Assembly: GCA_963716255.1 (NCBI GenBank)
Contig: OY970303.1
Coordinates: forward strand, 5,824,001 to 5,888,000
Source: an uncultured Gemmatimonadales bacterium
GTDB taxonomy: Bacteria; Gemmatimonadota; Gemmatimonadetes; Longimicrobiales; Longimicrobiaceae
DNA: 64,000 nucleotides
Direction of reading: 5' to 3'
The notes under the pieces are model-generated. The model saw only the letters and a list, made by a program, of their open reading frames with translations, did no database searches and was not told where the DNA came from. This document shows, in pieces, positions 51,852-60,900 of this stretch. The number at the start of each line of letters is the position of its first letter. Within the stretch, counting starts at the first letter, position 1. A program made the position numbers and the translations under genes.

Positions 51852-53657
51852 TCAGACCGTCGCCGGCTCCATCCAGGCCGCCTCCGCGGCACGCTCCCGC
51901 TCCATCTCCCGCAGCAGCCGGCGCGTCAGCTCGTCGCGCGCGTCCAGCTCCGCGGGGGCGCAGTCCTGCACGATGCGGCCGCGGTCCATCACCAGCACCC
52001 GGGGGAAGCGCGCCGCCACCTCCAGGCTGTGCGTCGCCGCGATCAGCGTCCGCCCCCGCGCGAACTCCAGCACCGCGTCCCACACCGCCGCCTCCGTGCG
52101 CGCGTCCAGCGCCGCCGTGGGCTCGTCCAGCACCACCACCCGCGGGTCCTCCCGGAAGAGGCGGGCGAGCGCGACCCGCTGCCGCTGCCCCCCGGAAAGG
52201 AGCGCGCCCTCCTCCCCGGCCTCGCGCCCCGCCAGGTCGCCCGCCAGCTCCGGCTCCAGCCCGGCCAGGCACGCCGCCTCCGCCGCGGGCACCCGCCCCG
52301 CGCCCCGCCCGAAGGCCACGTTCTCCAGCAGCGAGCCGCGGAGCACCGCCGGCGACTGCGGCACCACCGCGACCGCCTCGCGCAGGGCGTGCAGGTCGAG
52401 CTCGCGCAGGTCCGCGGCGCCCAGCAGCACACGCCCCTCCGACGGGTCCAGGAAGCGCGCCAGCAGCCGCACCAGAGTGGACTTGCCGCACCCCGAGGGC
52501 CCCACCAGCGCCACGTGCTCCCCCGCCGCCACCGAGAAGTGCGCCCCGTCCAGTGCCATCCCGCCTCCCGGGTACGCCACCCGCACCCCCTCCACCCGCA
52601 CCGGCAGCGCCCCCGCGCCGGGAAGGCGGCGCAGCGGGCCCGGGCGGACCTCCGCCGCCATGTCCAGCACCGCCGCGACCCGGCGCACCCCCGCCAGCGA
52701 CTCCTGGAGGCTCCCCGCCACCTCGCTCCCGATGCTCGCCGCCGCGAACAGGTGCTCCACGTACATGTAGAACGCCAGCAGCGATCCCAGCGCGAGCGCG
52801 CCGTGGCTCACCGCCACCGCGCCCGCCGTGAGCACCGCCGCGGCCGTCAGCCCGGTCACCATCTCCGTACCGCCCCAGAGCACGGCGACCGCGCGCACCT
52901 GCGCCATCTCCGCGTCGAACACGCGGCGGCCCGCCGTCCAGGCCAGCCTCGCCTCGCGCCGCTCGCGCCGCGCGAGCGCCAGCGACTCCAGCGCGCCCAG
53001 GCGCTCGCTGAGGAACGAGGACAGCTCCCCTTGGCGCGCCTGCGCCGCCTCCGCGCGCTCCCCCAGGCGGCGGCGGCCCCGCCGCGTCGCCGCCAGGAAC
53101 AGCGGCACCGCGGCCAGCGCCAGCAGACCCAGCCGCCAGTCCAGCGCGAACAGGGCGCACGCCACTCCCAGGAACGCCGCCGCCACCCCCACCGCGTGCA
53201 CCATCACCCCGGTGAAGAACTGTTCCACCGCGCGCACGTCGCCGGTCATGCGGAAGAGCAGGTCGCCGCGCTGAAGCTGCGGGCGTCCCGCGGGACCCAG
53301 CCGCTGCACGTGCTCGAAGAGGCGCTGCCGCACCAGCAGGGCGATCCGCTGCCCCGCGTGCACCTGGCGCTCCCGCGCCAGCATCGAGGCGCCGCCGCGC
53401 AGGAGCTGGTAGGCCGCGAACACGCCGCCCAGCGCCAGCAGCGCCGCGGCGGGGCGGCGCGCCTGCATGGCGTCCACCAGCAGCTTGACCAGGAGAGGCT
53501 GCGCCAGCATCAGCAGCGTAAGCGCGAGCGAGGCACCCAGCGCCTGCGCCTCCCAGCGCAGAAGCGGCCCCACCGGGGCCAGGTGGCGGAGCAGCGCGCG
53601 CCAGGCGGGCGCCGGCCGGGCGCGCCCCGGGGGCGGGGGAGGGGACAAGGGGGACAT
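51852..53657 (-). CDS. ABC exporter (fused TMD-NBD) of the lasso cluster
   Basis: TM domain, GPSGCGKST, LSGGQRQR, VVLDEPTAALD. Confidence 0.93.
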   Translation of the reverse strand: MSPLSPPPPPGRARPAPAWRALLRHLAPVGPLLRWEAQALGASLALTLLMLAQPLLVKLLVDAMQARRPAAALLALGGVFAAYQLLRGGASMLARERQVHAGQRIALLVRQRLFEHVQRLGPAGRPQLQRGDLLFRMTGDVRAVEQFFTGVMVHAVGVAAAFLGVACALFALDWRLGLLALAAVPLFLAATRRGRRRLGERAEAAQARQGELSSFLSERLGALESLALARRERREARLAWTAGRRVFDAEMAQVRAVAVLWGGTEMVTGLTAAAVLTAGAVAVSHGALALGSLLAFYMYVEHLFAAASIGSEVAGSLQESLAGVRRVAAVLDMAAEVRPGPLRRLPGAGALPVRVEGVRVAYPGGGMALDGAHFSVAAGEHVALVGPSGCGKSTLVRLLARFLDPSEGRVLLGAADLRELDLHALREAVAVVPQSPAVLRGSLLENVAFGRGAGRVPAAEAACLAGLEPELAGDLAGREAGEEGALLSGGQRQRVALARLFREDPRVVVLDEPTAALDARTEAAVWDAVLEFARGRTLIAATHSLEVAARFPRVLVMDRGRIVQDCAPAELDARDELTRRLLREMERERAAEAAWMEPATV

Positions 53658-53677
53658 GGCTCGTGAGCGTGTGACGG

Positions 53678-53713
53678 GGACGGCGGCGGAGGGAGCTCCC
53701 TCCGCCGCCGTCC
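53678..53713. promoter_or_regulatory. Perfect 36-bp palindrome between precursor A3 and the ABC exporter (attenuator or mRNA stabiliser)
   Basis: GGACGGCGGCGGAGGGAG|CTCCCTCCGCCGCCGTCC. Confidence 0.7.
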
Positions 53714-53722
53714 TGCCGGTGC

Positions 53723-53839
53723 TCAGTTCCCGCCGCGGAAGCTGATCTTCTCGACGTTGCGGTTGGCGTTGCCGAGGGTGACCTCCGCCGCCCTGCCGTG
53801 CAGCGTCAGGGTGGGCGCGGTGTAGGCCTTCTTGTCCAT
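53723..53839 (-). CDS. Lasso peptide precursor A3 (core GNANRNVEKISFRGGN)
   Basis: Translated by hand, absent from the ORF track; leader MDKKAYTAPTLTLHGRAAEVTL. Confidence 0.9.
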   Translation of the reverse strand: MDKKAYTAPTLTLHGRAAEVTLGNANRNVEKISFRGGN

Positions 53840-53945
53840 GGGAACCTCGCGGTAGAGGGTGCTCCGTCCCGCGGCGGCGTGTCCGCCGCGGGGACCCGCG
53901 CGCTCCGGTCCGCCGGGGCGCGCGGGCGTACTGCCCGGCTGGCGA

Positions 53946-54059
53946 TCAGCGCGGGCGCCAGTTGATCAGCTCGAGGAGCCGGCCGCCGTTGCCGAGAGTG
54001 ACCACGGCGGCGCTGCCGTGGCGGACGACCGCCGGGGCGTTGTAGGTCTTCTTCTGCAC
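53946..54059 (-). CDS. Lasso peptide precursor A2 (core GNGGRLLELINWRPR)
   Basis: Translated by hand; GTG start after AGGAG; leader MQKKTYNAPAVVRHGSAAVVTL. Confidence 0.9.
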   Translation of the reverse strand: MQKKTYNAPAVVRHGSAAVVTLGNGGRLLELINWRPR

Positions 54060-54099
54060 GGTTCTATCTCCTGGGACGAGTTGGAAGTGGTGGAAAGGC

Positions 54100-54213
54100 T
54101 CAGCGCGGACGCCAGCTAATCAGCTCGAGGAGCTTGGTGGCGGTCCCGAGGGTGACTTCCACGGCGTTGCCGTGGCGGACGATCGTCGGGGCGCTGTAAG
54201 TCTTCTTCTGCAC
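54100..54213 (-). CDS. Lasso peptide precursor A1 (core GTATKLLELISWRPR)
   Basis: GTG start after AGGAG; leader MQKKTYSAPTIVRHGNAVEVTL. Confidence 0.9.
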   Translation of the reverse strand: MQKKTYSAPTIVRHGNAVEVTLGTATKLLELISWRPR

Positions 54214-54364
54214 CGTGCTTTCTCCTGAAAGGAGGTTGATGTGGCCGGGAACTCGCGCCCGACCCGCCAACCGGCGGAACGTCCCGCCGGTGCTCATTCT
54301 CTCACGCCGTGCTCCAATCCGTGCGGTAGCTCCACGGAGCGCGCCGCCCGTTCACCTTTCTGAT

Positions 54365-56209
54365 CTACGCCGCCGGGAGCGCGGCCGTCCGCTCCGGGTC
54401 CCACCGCCCGGCGCGCACCGCCAGCCATGTTTCCAGCGACAGCGAGCAGAGGAGGAAGGGGAGGCTGCGGACCTCGCCCTGCCGCGCCGCCTCGGTCGCG
54501 GCCCGCAGCGCTTCCACGCGCACCCAGCCGCGCCGGGCGATCTCCGGGTCGCGCAGCAGCTCGCGCAGCCGGTCCGCCTCGCGCGCCATGGCCCACAGGA
54601 GCCGCGCGTCGATCCCGCCCTTCCCCTTCCGCGTGCGCACCTCCTCCGGGAGGATCCCGCGCATCGCCTCGCGCAGCACGTACTTGCCCGTCCCGGCGCG
54701 GATCCGCATTCGCGGGGGCAGGAGGAGCGAATGCTCCACCAGCGGCCGGTGCAGGAAGGGGTAGCGCATCTCGATCCCGTCCTGGAACGGCCCGCGCTCC
54801 ACGAACGCCGGCAGCGTCGCCATCTCCGTGGCCACCTCGTGCGCGAACCGGTTCCCCCCGCGCGGGGCCGCAAGCTGCCGCACCGACGGGAGCCGCTCCG
54901 CCACGCCGGCCCTGCGCACGAAGTCCGGGTCCAGCCACGCCGGCACCCCCTCGTGCGGCCGGGCGAAGCGCAGCTTCGCCGCGGTGGGGAGGAAGGGGAA
55001 GACGCCGTGGCGCCCCAGCCCCGTCCAGAACGACTGCCTCGCCGCCACCGACAGGCGCGTCAGCTCGCGCAGCCCCGTCCGCACCCGCCCCGCCGCCAGC
55101 AGGTCGGTGACGTAGCCCCAGTTGCCGCTCAGGTAGTGGTCGGACCCCTGGCCGCTCAGCAGCACCCGGCCCCCGGCCTCGCGGATCCGCGCAACCAGCG
55201 CGCGGTCGCGTGTCCAGAAGGGGAAGTGCGTGCGGGGCTCGTCCGTCGCCACCGGCGGCGTGCCGTCGTCCTGCCAGGCCCAGTGGTCCACCAGCTGCTC
55301 GTTGCGCAGCCCCCAGCGGCGCACCACGGTGTCCGAGTACCGGCGCTCGTCGCCGTCGCCCAGGGTGTCCACCACCGTCACCGTCCCGTCCAGGGCGGGG
55401 CCGCGCCCCGCCGCCGCCAGCGTCTGCGCCACGGACACCACCGACGACGAGTCCAGCCCCCCGGAGAGCTGCGACCACACCCCCGGTCCGTCCCCGGTCC
55501 GCGCGCGCACCGCCTCCTCGAAGAGCTCGCGGAAGCGCTCCGTCGCCGCCCGCTCGTCCACCGTTTCCGCCGGGACGAAGTCCGCCGCCCGCCAGAAGCG
55601 CCCCGACACCAGCCGTCCCTCGCTCCAGCTGAGGCGCTCGCCGGGGACCACGGCGCGCACCCCCGCCCATACCGTCCGCTCCGAGTGCGCGGCGCCCCCC
55701 ACCAGGAAGTCCGCCACCCACTCCTCGTCGTAGTCGCCGCCGGCCAGCGCGTCCAGGCGTGAGGACAGGACCAGCGCGCCCTGCTCGCGCGCCAGGAAGA
55801 GCCCCTTGACCCCGAACGGGTCGCGCATCGCCGTGAGCGTGGCGCGCTCCCCGTCCCACAGCGCGAAGGCGAAGTCGCCCAGGAGCCCGTCCAGGCAGGC
55901 GGCCCCCCGCGCCATGTAGGCCGCCAGCACCAGCTCCAGGTCCGCCGCATCCGCGGCGTGGGGCCCGCCCCATCCCGCCACCTCCGCGCGGTTGTCCAGC
56001 CGCACGTCGCCGGCGGCCAGCAGGGCGCCGCGGCGCGCCAGCAGCGGGCGCAGCGCGTCCGGCTCGGTGCTCGCCGCCGCCGCGAAGCCGTCCGCGGCCA
56101 GCTCCGCCGCCCGGTTCCCCGGCACGGCGACCCGTGCCGCGAGGCGGGCGCGCAGCCCCGGGGGGAGCGGTGCGCCGGGCGCCGCCGCCGCGCAGCCGAA
56201 GCCGTTCAT
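54365..56209 (-). CDS. Lasso cyclase (asparagine synthetase-like C protein)
   Basis: RLDNR, GDFAFALWD, RDPFG, QLSGGLDSSSV, LLSGQGSD, RYPFLHRPLVE; no N-terminal catalytic Cys; ATGA overlap with B2. Confidence 0.93.
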   Translation of the reverse strand: MNGFGCAAAAPGAPLPPGLRARLAARVAVPGNRAAELAADGFAAAASTEPDALRPLLARRGALLAAGDVRLDNRAEVAGWGGPHAADAADLELVLAAYMARGAACLDGLLGDFAFALWDGERATLTAMRDPFGVKGLFLAREQGALVLSSRLDALAGGDYDEEWVADFLVGGAAHSERTVWAGVRAVVPGERLSWSEGRLVSGRFWRAADFVPAETVDERAATERFRELFEEAVRARTGDGPGVWSQLSGGLDSSSVVSVAQTLAAAGRGPALDGTVTVVDTLGDGDERRYSDTVVRRWGLRNEQLVDHWAWQDDGTPPVATDEPRTHFPFWTRDRALVARIREAGGRVLLSGQGSDHYLSGNWGYVTDLLAAGRVRTGLRELTRLSVAARQSFWTGLGRHGVFPFLPTAAKLRFARPHEGVPAWLDPDFVRRAGVAERLPSVRQLAAPRGGNRFAHEVATEMATLPAFVERGPFQDGIEMRYPFLHRPLVEHSLLLPPRMRIRAGTGKYVLREAMRGILPEEVRTRKGKGGIDARLLWAMAREADRLRELLRDPEIARRGWVRVEALRAATEAARQGEVRSLPFLLCSLSLETWLAVRAGRWDPERTAALPAA

Positions 56210-56595
56210 GCCGCCACCTCCGGGAGCGCCCTGAACTTGTCGACGGTTTCCCGGTCCTCGTTGACCGGCTCGCCGTCCACCTCCACCCAGGCGTGGGCGT
56301 AGAAGGGGTACGCCTGCACCCCCAGGCGCAGCTCCGCCGGCACGCCGCGGCGGCGCAGCAGCAGGTACAGCGCGAGCGACTGCTCCAGGCACACCGCCCG
56401 CCCCGGGAAGAACGCCGCCGCCACGGCCACGTGGTACGACGCGCGCTCCACCTCCTCCGGCGGCAGTCCCGCCCCGGCCGCCCGCGCGCCCAGGCGCCGT
56501 GCCCGCGCCACCGCCGGCCCGAAGCCGCGCGCCTTGAGGTGCGTCCGCACCGCGATCAGCGCCAGGGCGCAGCGGGCCACCGAGGGCGCCTTCAT
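56206..56595 (-). CDS. Lasso leader peptidase B2 (transglutaminase-like)
   Basis: CLEQSLAL, LRLGV, AHAWVEVDG; ATGA overlap with B1. Confidence 0.95.
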   Translation of the reverse strand: MKAPSVARCALALIAVRTHLKARGFGPAVARARRLGARAAGAGLPPEEVERASYHVAVAAAFFPGRAVCLEQSLALYLLLRRRGVPAELRLGVQAYPFYAHAWVEVDGEPVNEDRETVDKFRALPEVAA

Positions 56596-56906
56596 CCCCG
56601 CACCACCAGCTTCAGCTCCGCCAGCTTCCCCAGCAGTGCCGCCGCGTCCGCCGCCAGCCTGTCGCGGGGGGCGTCGTACTCGCCGAAGAGCCGCTCCGCC
56701 AGCGCCGCCGCCGTGGGGCACGCCGGCAGCAGCTCCCAGATGCGCGTGCCCACCTCGTCCAGCCCGTAGTACTCCCCGCGCACCGGGTCCAGGAGAACGG
56801 TCCTGTCCCCCTCGGCGGCGGACACCACCTTCTCCGCGCGCCGGAACGGAGCGTCGAGGGGTGCCGGGGCGGCGTCGCCGCGGGTCTTCCTGAGCCAGCC
56901 GAACAT
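56592..56906 (-). CDS. Lasso RiPP recognition element B1 (PqqD-like)
   Basis: VLLDPVRGEYYGLDEVGTRIWELL, EYDA, LLGKLAELKLV. Confidence 0.93.
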   Translation of the reverse strand: MFGWLRKTRGDAAPAPLDAPFRRAEKVVSAAEGDRTVLLDPVRGEYYGLDEVGTRIWELLPACPTAAALAERLFGEYDAPRDRLAADAAALLGKLAELKLVVRG

Positions 56907-56995
56907 GTCGCGTACGGTTGAGGGAGCAGATTCCCAGCTGAGGCGGGAGAAAGCGAACTGTCCGCTCGTGACACATAAAGCGCGCCTCGCCTTCA

Positions 56996-57023
56996 ATGCT
57001 AACAGGAACGCCGGCGACGTCAA
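56996..57023 (-). promoter_or_regulatory. Candidate sigma-70 promoter of the lasso operon
   Basis: Minus strand TTGACG-16 nt-TAGCAT in an AT-richer gap. Confidence 0.45.
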
Positions 57024-57172
57024 TAGCTGTCCGGTAACATGTCATGCGTCAACGTGTTGGCGGGGCATGAAATAGCCTGTCCCGGCCGCGGGTGGAACGA
57101 TCGTTCGGGGGCGCGCGGGACCGCCCCACGTGCGGGTGCACGTGGGGGGGGCGTCTCCGGCCGCCAGCTCCC

Positions 57173-57571
57173 CTACAGGATGCGGATGGAGTTGATCTGC
57201 ACGTCCCAGACGATGGTCTGCCCGACCCCCGCGCTGAAGGGGGTGGAGAACAGCTCCTGCCCGCCCGTGGCGCGCGCCATCAGGCGGTAGGTGTTCACCG
57301 TCGCCGCCGGGTTAAAGGAGAGCGTGGCGCGCGCGTTGGGGCTCACGTTCCCCAGGATCCTGCGCGCGCTCCCGGCCGCGTCCACCACGTACAACGTCAG
57401 CGAGGTCGGCGGGACCACGGTGTTCCTCACCTGAACCGAGATCCGGTTCATGGCGTCGGCCTGCTCCTGTGCCGATGGCGGGCCGCCGGCGGTCGCGGCC
57501 GGCGCGCACCCCCCGGCCAGCAGGGCGAGCGCGAGCGCCGCGGGGATGCGCAGGGAGCCGCGAAGCCGCAT
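57173..57571 (-). CDS. Small lipoprotein
   Basis: [11 protein letters not shown], lipobox AGGC, beta-rich mature part. Confidence 0.75.
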   Translation of the reverse strand: MRLRGSLRIPAALALALLAGGCAPAATAGGPPSAQEQADAMNRISVQVRNTVVPPTSLTLYVVDAAGSARRILGNVSPNARATLSFNPAATVNTYRLMARATGGQELFSTPFSAGVGQTIVWDVQINSIRIL

Positions 57572-57635
57572 GGGATTCCTCCTCCGGGTCGGGTGTGTCC
57601 GGGCCGCGCCGCGGCGCCGGGAGCCCACCCGGGGC

Positions 57636-57650
57636 GCAGCAAGCGTGCCA
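57636..57650 (-). promoter_or_regulatory. Sigma-54 (-24/-12) promoter candidate
   Basis: Minus strand TGGCACG-CTTG-CTGC with GG-N10-GC spacing, 65 nt upstream of the lipoprotein ATG. Confidence 0.65.
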
Positions 57651-57669
57651 GAAGGGAGGCCTGCCGCCG

Positions 57670-58338
57670 CTATGGCTCCGGGGTCGCGTCCTCCGCGTCC
57701 TCCGCTTCCACCACCTCCCCCTCCGGCGGGGCGGGGAAGAGCAGCCCCTCCAGCGTGTCCAGCAGGTCGTCGCGCCCGTCGCCGCTGAGCGCGGAGAAGA
57801 GCACCACCTGGTCCGTGTCCACGCCCAGCTTCTCCGCGGTCTTGCGCAGCGCCGCCTCGCGCTTCCCCTTGGCCAGCTTGTCCGCCTTGGTGAGCGCGAA
57901 AAGGGTGGGGATGCCGATCTCCGCCAGGTAGTCCACCGAGCGCAGGTCGTCCTCGGTGGGCCCCGTGCGGATGTCCACCAGCTGGACCACACCCCGCAGC
58001 TCGCGCGAAGTGGAAAGGAAGCCGTGGATCAGCGGCTGCCACTTCCTGCGCAGCTCCTGCGGCACCTTGGCGTACCCGTACCCCGGCAGGTCCACCAGGA
58101 AGAAGTTCCCCGGCTCGGCCCGCACGTCGTAGAAGTTGATCTCCTGCGTCTTCCCGGGCTGCGCCGACACCCGCGCGATCGCCGTCCGCGTGCGTCCCAG
58201 CAGCCGGTTGATCAGCGACGACTTCCCCACGTTGGAGCGTCCGGAGAACGCCACCTGCGGCATCTCCGCCGCGGCCTCCGGCTGTGCCTGCCCGATCTGC
58301 CCGATGGCGCCTGCGAACTCCACTGACTTGATTCTCAT
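57670..58338 (-). CDS. engB: Ribosome biogenesis GTPase YihA/EngB
   Basis: GRSNVGKSS, PGKT, DLPGYG, TKADK. Confidence 0.96.
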   Translation of the reverse strand: MRIKSVEFAGAIGQIGQAQPEAAAEMPQVAFSGRSNVGKSSLINRLLGRTRTAIARVSAQPGKTQEINFYDVRAEPGNFFLVDLPGYGYAKVPQELRRKWQPLIHGFLSTSRELRGVVQLVDIRTGPTEDDLRSVDYLAEIGIPTLFALTKADKLAKGKREAALRKTAEKLGVDTDQVVLFSALSGDGRDDLLDTLEGLLFPAPPEGEVVEAEDAEDATPEP

Positions 58339-58376
58339 GAGCGCATCCGGTTGAACTGCTCTGAACGGCGCGGTCC

Positions 58377-58504
58377 GGGCGTGCCCCCGCTGACGCGGGG
58401 TCGGGCTTCGGCTCCGTAGCAGACGAAACGACCGTCTGCAACGGAGTCGAGCCCGCGCAAACAGCGGCGCGGTCTCGCCCCTTCGGGCCGGAATCCCTCA
58501 CGCG
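58377..58504 (-). repeat. Family A, copy 8
   Basis: Family A scaffold between clpX and engB. Confidence 0.95.
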
Positions 58505-58574
58505 GCATCGCGCTGGCGTCCGCGGGTGTGGTCCCTTCGCCCCAGGCGAGGGACGCCGGCGACGAAGATAGATG

Positions 58575-58614
58575 AAAAGAAACAGCCTGCAACCGCTGCG
58601 CGGCTGCAGGCTGT
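58575..58614 (-). terminator. Intrinsic terminator after clpX
   Basis: Minus strand ACAGCCTGCAGCCGC..GCGGTTGCAGGCTGT followed by TTCTTTT. Confidence 0.75.
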
Positions 58615-58637
58615 CCTCCGTGCCCTGTTCCCTGCCG

Positions 58638-59879
58638 TCAGGCTTCCTTCTTCCGCTTCGGCTCGGCGGCGAGCACCAGGAGCGGCGGGACGCTGTCGCT
58701 GACGCACTCCGGCGTGATCACCACCTCGCGCACGTCCTCGCGCGAGGGGATGTCGAACATCACGTCGCGCATCAGCTTCTCGATCACGGCGCGCAGGCCG
58801 CGGGCGCCCGTGCCCCGCTCGATGGCCAGGTGGGCGATGGCGCGCACCGCGTCCGGGTCGAAGGTGATCCCCACCCCGTCCATCCCGAACATCTTCTGGT
58901 ACTGCTTCACCAGCGCGTTCTTGGGCTCGGTGAGGATCTTGACCAGCGCGTCCTCGTCCAGGTTGTCCAGCGTCACCGTCACCGGGAGGCGGCCCACCAG
59001 CTCCGGGATCAGCCCGAAGCGGAGCAGGTCCTCCGGCTCCACGTCGCGGAACGGGTTCCCCTTGTCCACCTCGGTGACGCCCTCGTTGGCCGAGAAGCCG
59101 ATCTGGCGCTTGCCCGTGCGGGACTCGATGATCTTTTCCAGCCCGTCGAACGCCCCGCCGCAGATGAAGAGGATGTGCCGGGTGTTGATCTGGATGTACT
59201 CCTGCTGCGGGTGCTTCCGCCCGCCCTGCGGCGGCACCGAGGCGGTGGTCCCCTCCAGGATCTTGAGGAGCGCCTGCTGCACCCCCTCGCCCGACACGTC
59301 GCGCGTGATGGACGGGTTCTCGCTCTTGCGGGCGATCTTGTCGATCTCGTCGATGTAGATGATCCCGCGCTCGCACTCCGCCACGTTGAAGTCCGCCGCC
59401 TGGAGCAGGCGCACCAGGATGTTCTCCACGTCCTCGCCGACGTAGCCCGCCTCGGTGAGCGTGGTGGCGTCCACGATGGTGAAGGGCACGTGGAGCACCC
59501 GCGCCAGCGTCTGCGCCAGCAGCGTCTTCCCCACGCCCGTGGAGCCGATGAGGAGAATGTTGGACTTGTCCAGCTCCACCTCGTCCATCACGCCCTGGTG
59601 GTTCACCCGCTTGTAGTGGTTGTACACCGCCACCGAGAGCGACTTCTTGGCCTCGTCCTGCCCAACCACGTACTGGTCGAGGACCGTCTTGATCTCGCGG
59701 GGGGAGGGCACCGGGGTGGCGGTGCTGGCGGCCTCCTTGGTCTCCTCCTCCGCGAGGATCTCGTTGCACAGCGAGATGCACTCGTTGCAGATGTAGACCG
59801 AGGGCCCGGAGATGAACCGCTTCACCGAGTCCTTGGACTTTCCGCAGAAGGAGCAGCGGAGGTGCTTGTCGCTGGGCAT
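58638..59879 (-). CDS. clpX: ATP-dependent Clp protease ATP-binding subunit
   Basis: CSFCGK zinc finger, [29 protein letters not shown] loop. Confidence 0.98.
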   Translation of the reverse strand: MPSDKHLRCSFCGKSKDSVKRFISGPSVYICNECISLCNEILAEEETKEAASTATPVPSPREIKTVLDQYVVGQDEAKKSLSVAVYNHYKRVNHQGVMDEVELDKSNILLIGSTGVGKTLLAQTLARVLHVPFTIVDATTLTEAGYVGEDVENILVRLLQAADFNVAECERGIIYIDEIDKIARKSENPSITRDVSGEGVQQALLKILEGTTASVPPQGGRKHPQQEYIQINTRHILFICGGAFDGLEKIIESRTGKRQIGFSANEGVTEVDKGNPFRDVEPEDLLRFGLIPELVGRLPVTVTLDNLDEDALVKILTEPKNALVKQYQKMFGMDGVGITFDPDAVRAIAHLAIERGTGARGLRAVIEKLMRDVMFDIPSREDVREVVITPECVSDSVPPLLVLAAEPKRKKEA

Positions 59880-60233
59880 AGAGGAAGGCTACTGGGCGAA
59901 TGGCGCGGACCCGCCCCGGCGGGGGCGGGAAGATCGCGTGAGCTGGCTGCCGGTCCCGGCCGCCGTCCGGCGGGACACGAGTGTCCACGATCCGGTCCTG
60001 GTGGAGGCGCGAGAAATCTCGGTACACAAGATAGACCCCCGGGCCGGTAGGGTCAACGCTGGACGGCCGTGAGCCGGAGCCGTGCCGCGCCCTGGGCCGT
60101 ACGGGCCCGCACGCCGTGTGCCACCCGGCGGCCTCGCGTTTCTGGACGGCGCGGGCCGCGAAACGACGAGACCCCCGACGGGCCGCGGCTCCGTCGGAGG
60201 TCTCTCCGCTCGCGAAGGTCCCGAGGCTCCTCG

Positions 60234-60860
60234 CTAACGAGTCTCGGCCACCTCGTGCTGCACCTCCACCACCTCGCCGCGCTTGGTGATGACATGGTCG
60301 ATGAGGCCGTACTCCTTCGCCTCGTCCGGGGACATGAAGCGGTCGCGGTCCAGGTCCTCCTGGATCTTGTCCACCGACTGCCCGGTGTTCGCCGCGTAGA
60401 TCTGGTTCATCCGCTCCCGCACGAACAGGATCTCGCGGGCCTGGATCTCGATGTCCGCCGCGGTCCCCTGGCTGCCGCCGGAGGGCTGGTGGAGCATGAT
60501 CCGCGAGTTGGGGAGCGCCGAGCGCTTCCCCGGCGCGCCGGCCGCCAGGAGGAACGAGCCCATGCTCGCCGCCAACCCCATGCAGATGGTGGCCACCGGG
60601 GCCTTGAGGAACTGCATGGTGTCGAAGATCGCCATCCCCGCGTACACCGAGCCCCCGGGGGAGTTGATGTACAGGAAGATGTCCTTGTCCGGGTTGTCCG
60701 CCTCCAGGAACAGGAGCTGGGCGATGATGACGTTCGCGACGTTGTCGTCGATCGGCGTCCCCAGGAAGACGATCCTGTCCATCAGGAGCCGCGAGAAGAT
60801 GTCGTACGACCTCTCCCCCCGGCTGGACCTCTCGATCACGTACGGAGCGTAGATGGGCAT
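60234..60860 (-). CDS. clpP: Clp protease proteolytic subunit
   Basis: [27 protein letters not shown]. Confidence 0.98.
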   Translation of the reverse strand: MPIYAPYVIERSSRGERSYDIFSRLLMDRIVFLGTPIDDNVANVIIAQLLFLEADNPDKDIFLYINSPGGSVYAGMAIFDTMQFLKAPVATICMGLAASMGSFLLAAGAPGKRSALPNSRIMLHQPSGGSQGTAADIEIQAREILFVRERMNQIYAANTGQSVDKIQEDLDRDRFMSPDEAKEYGLIDHVITKRGEVVEVQHEVAETR

Positions 60861-60900
60861 TTGGGCTCGTCCCGATTCCAGGATGATGAGACCGGCCTGA

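Noticed and set aside
54365..56209. Housekeeping asparagine synthetase AsnB
   Set aside because: It lacks the N-terminal catalytic Cys and is coupled to B1, B2 and precursor genes, so it is a lasso cyclase.
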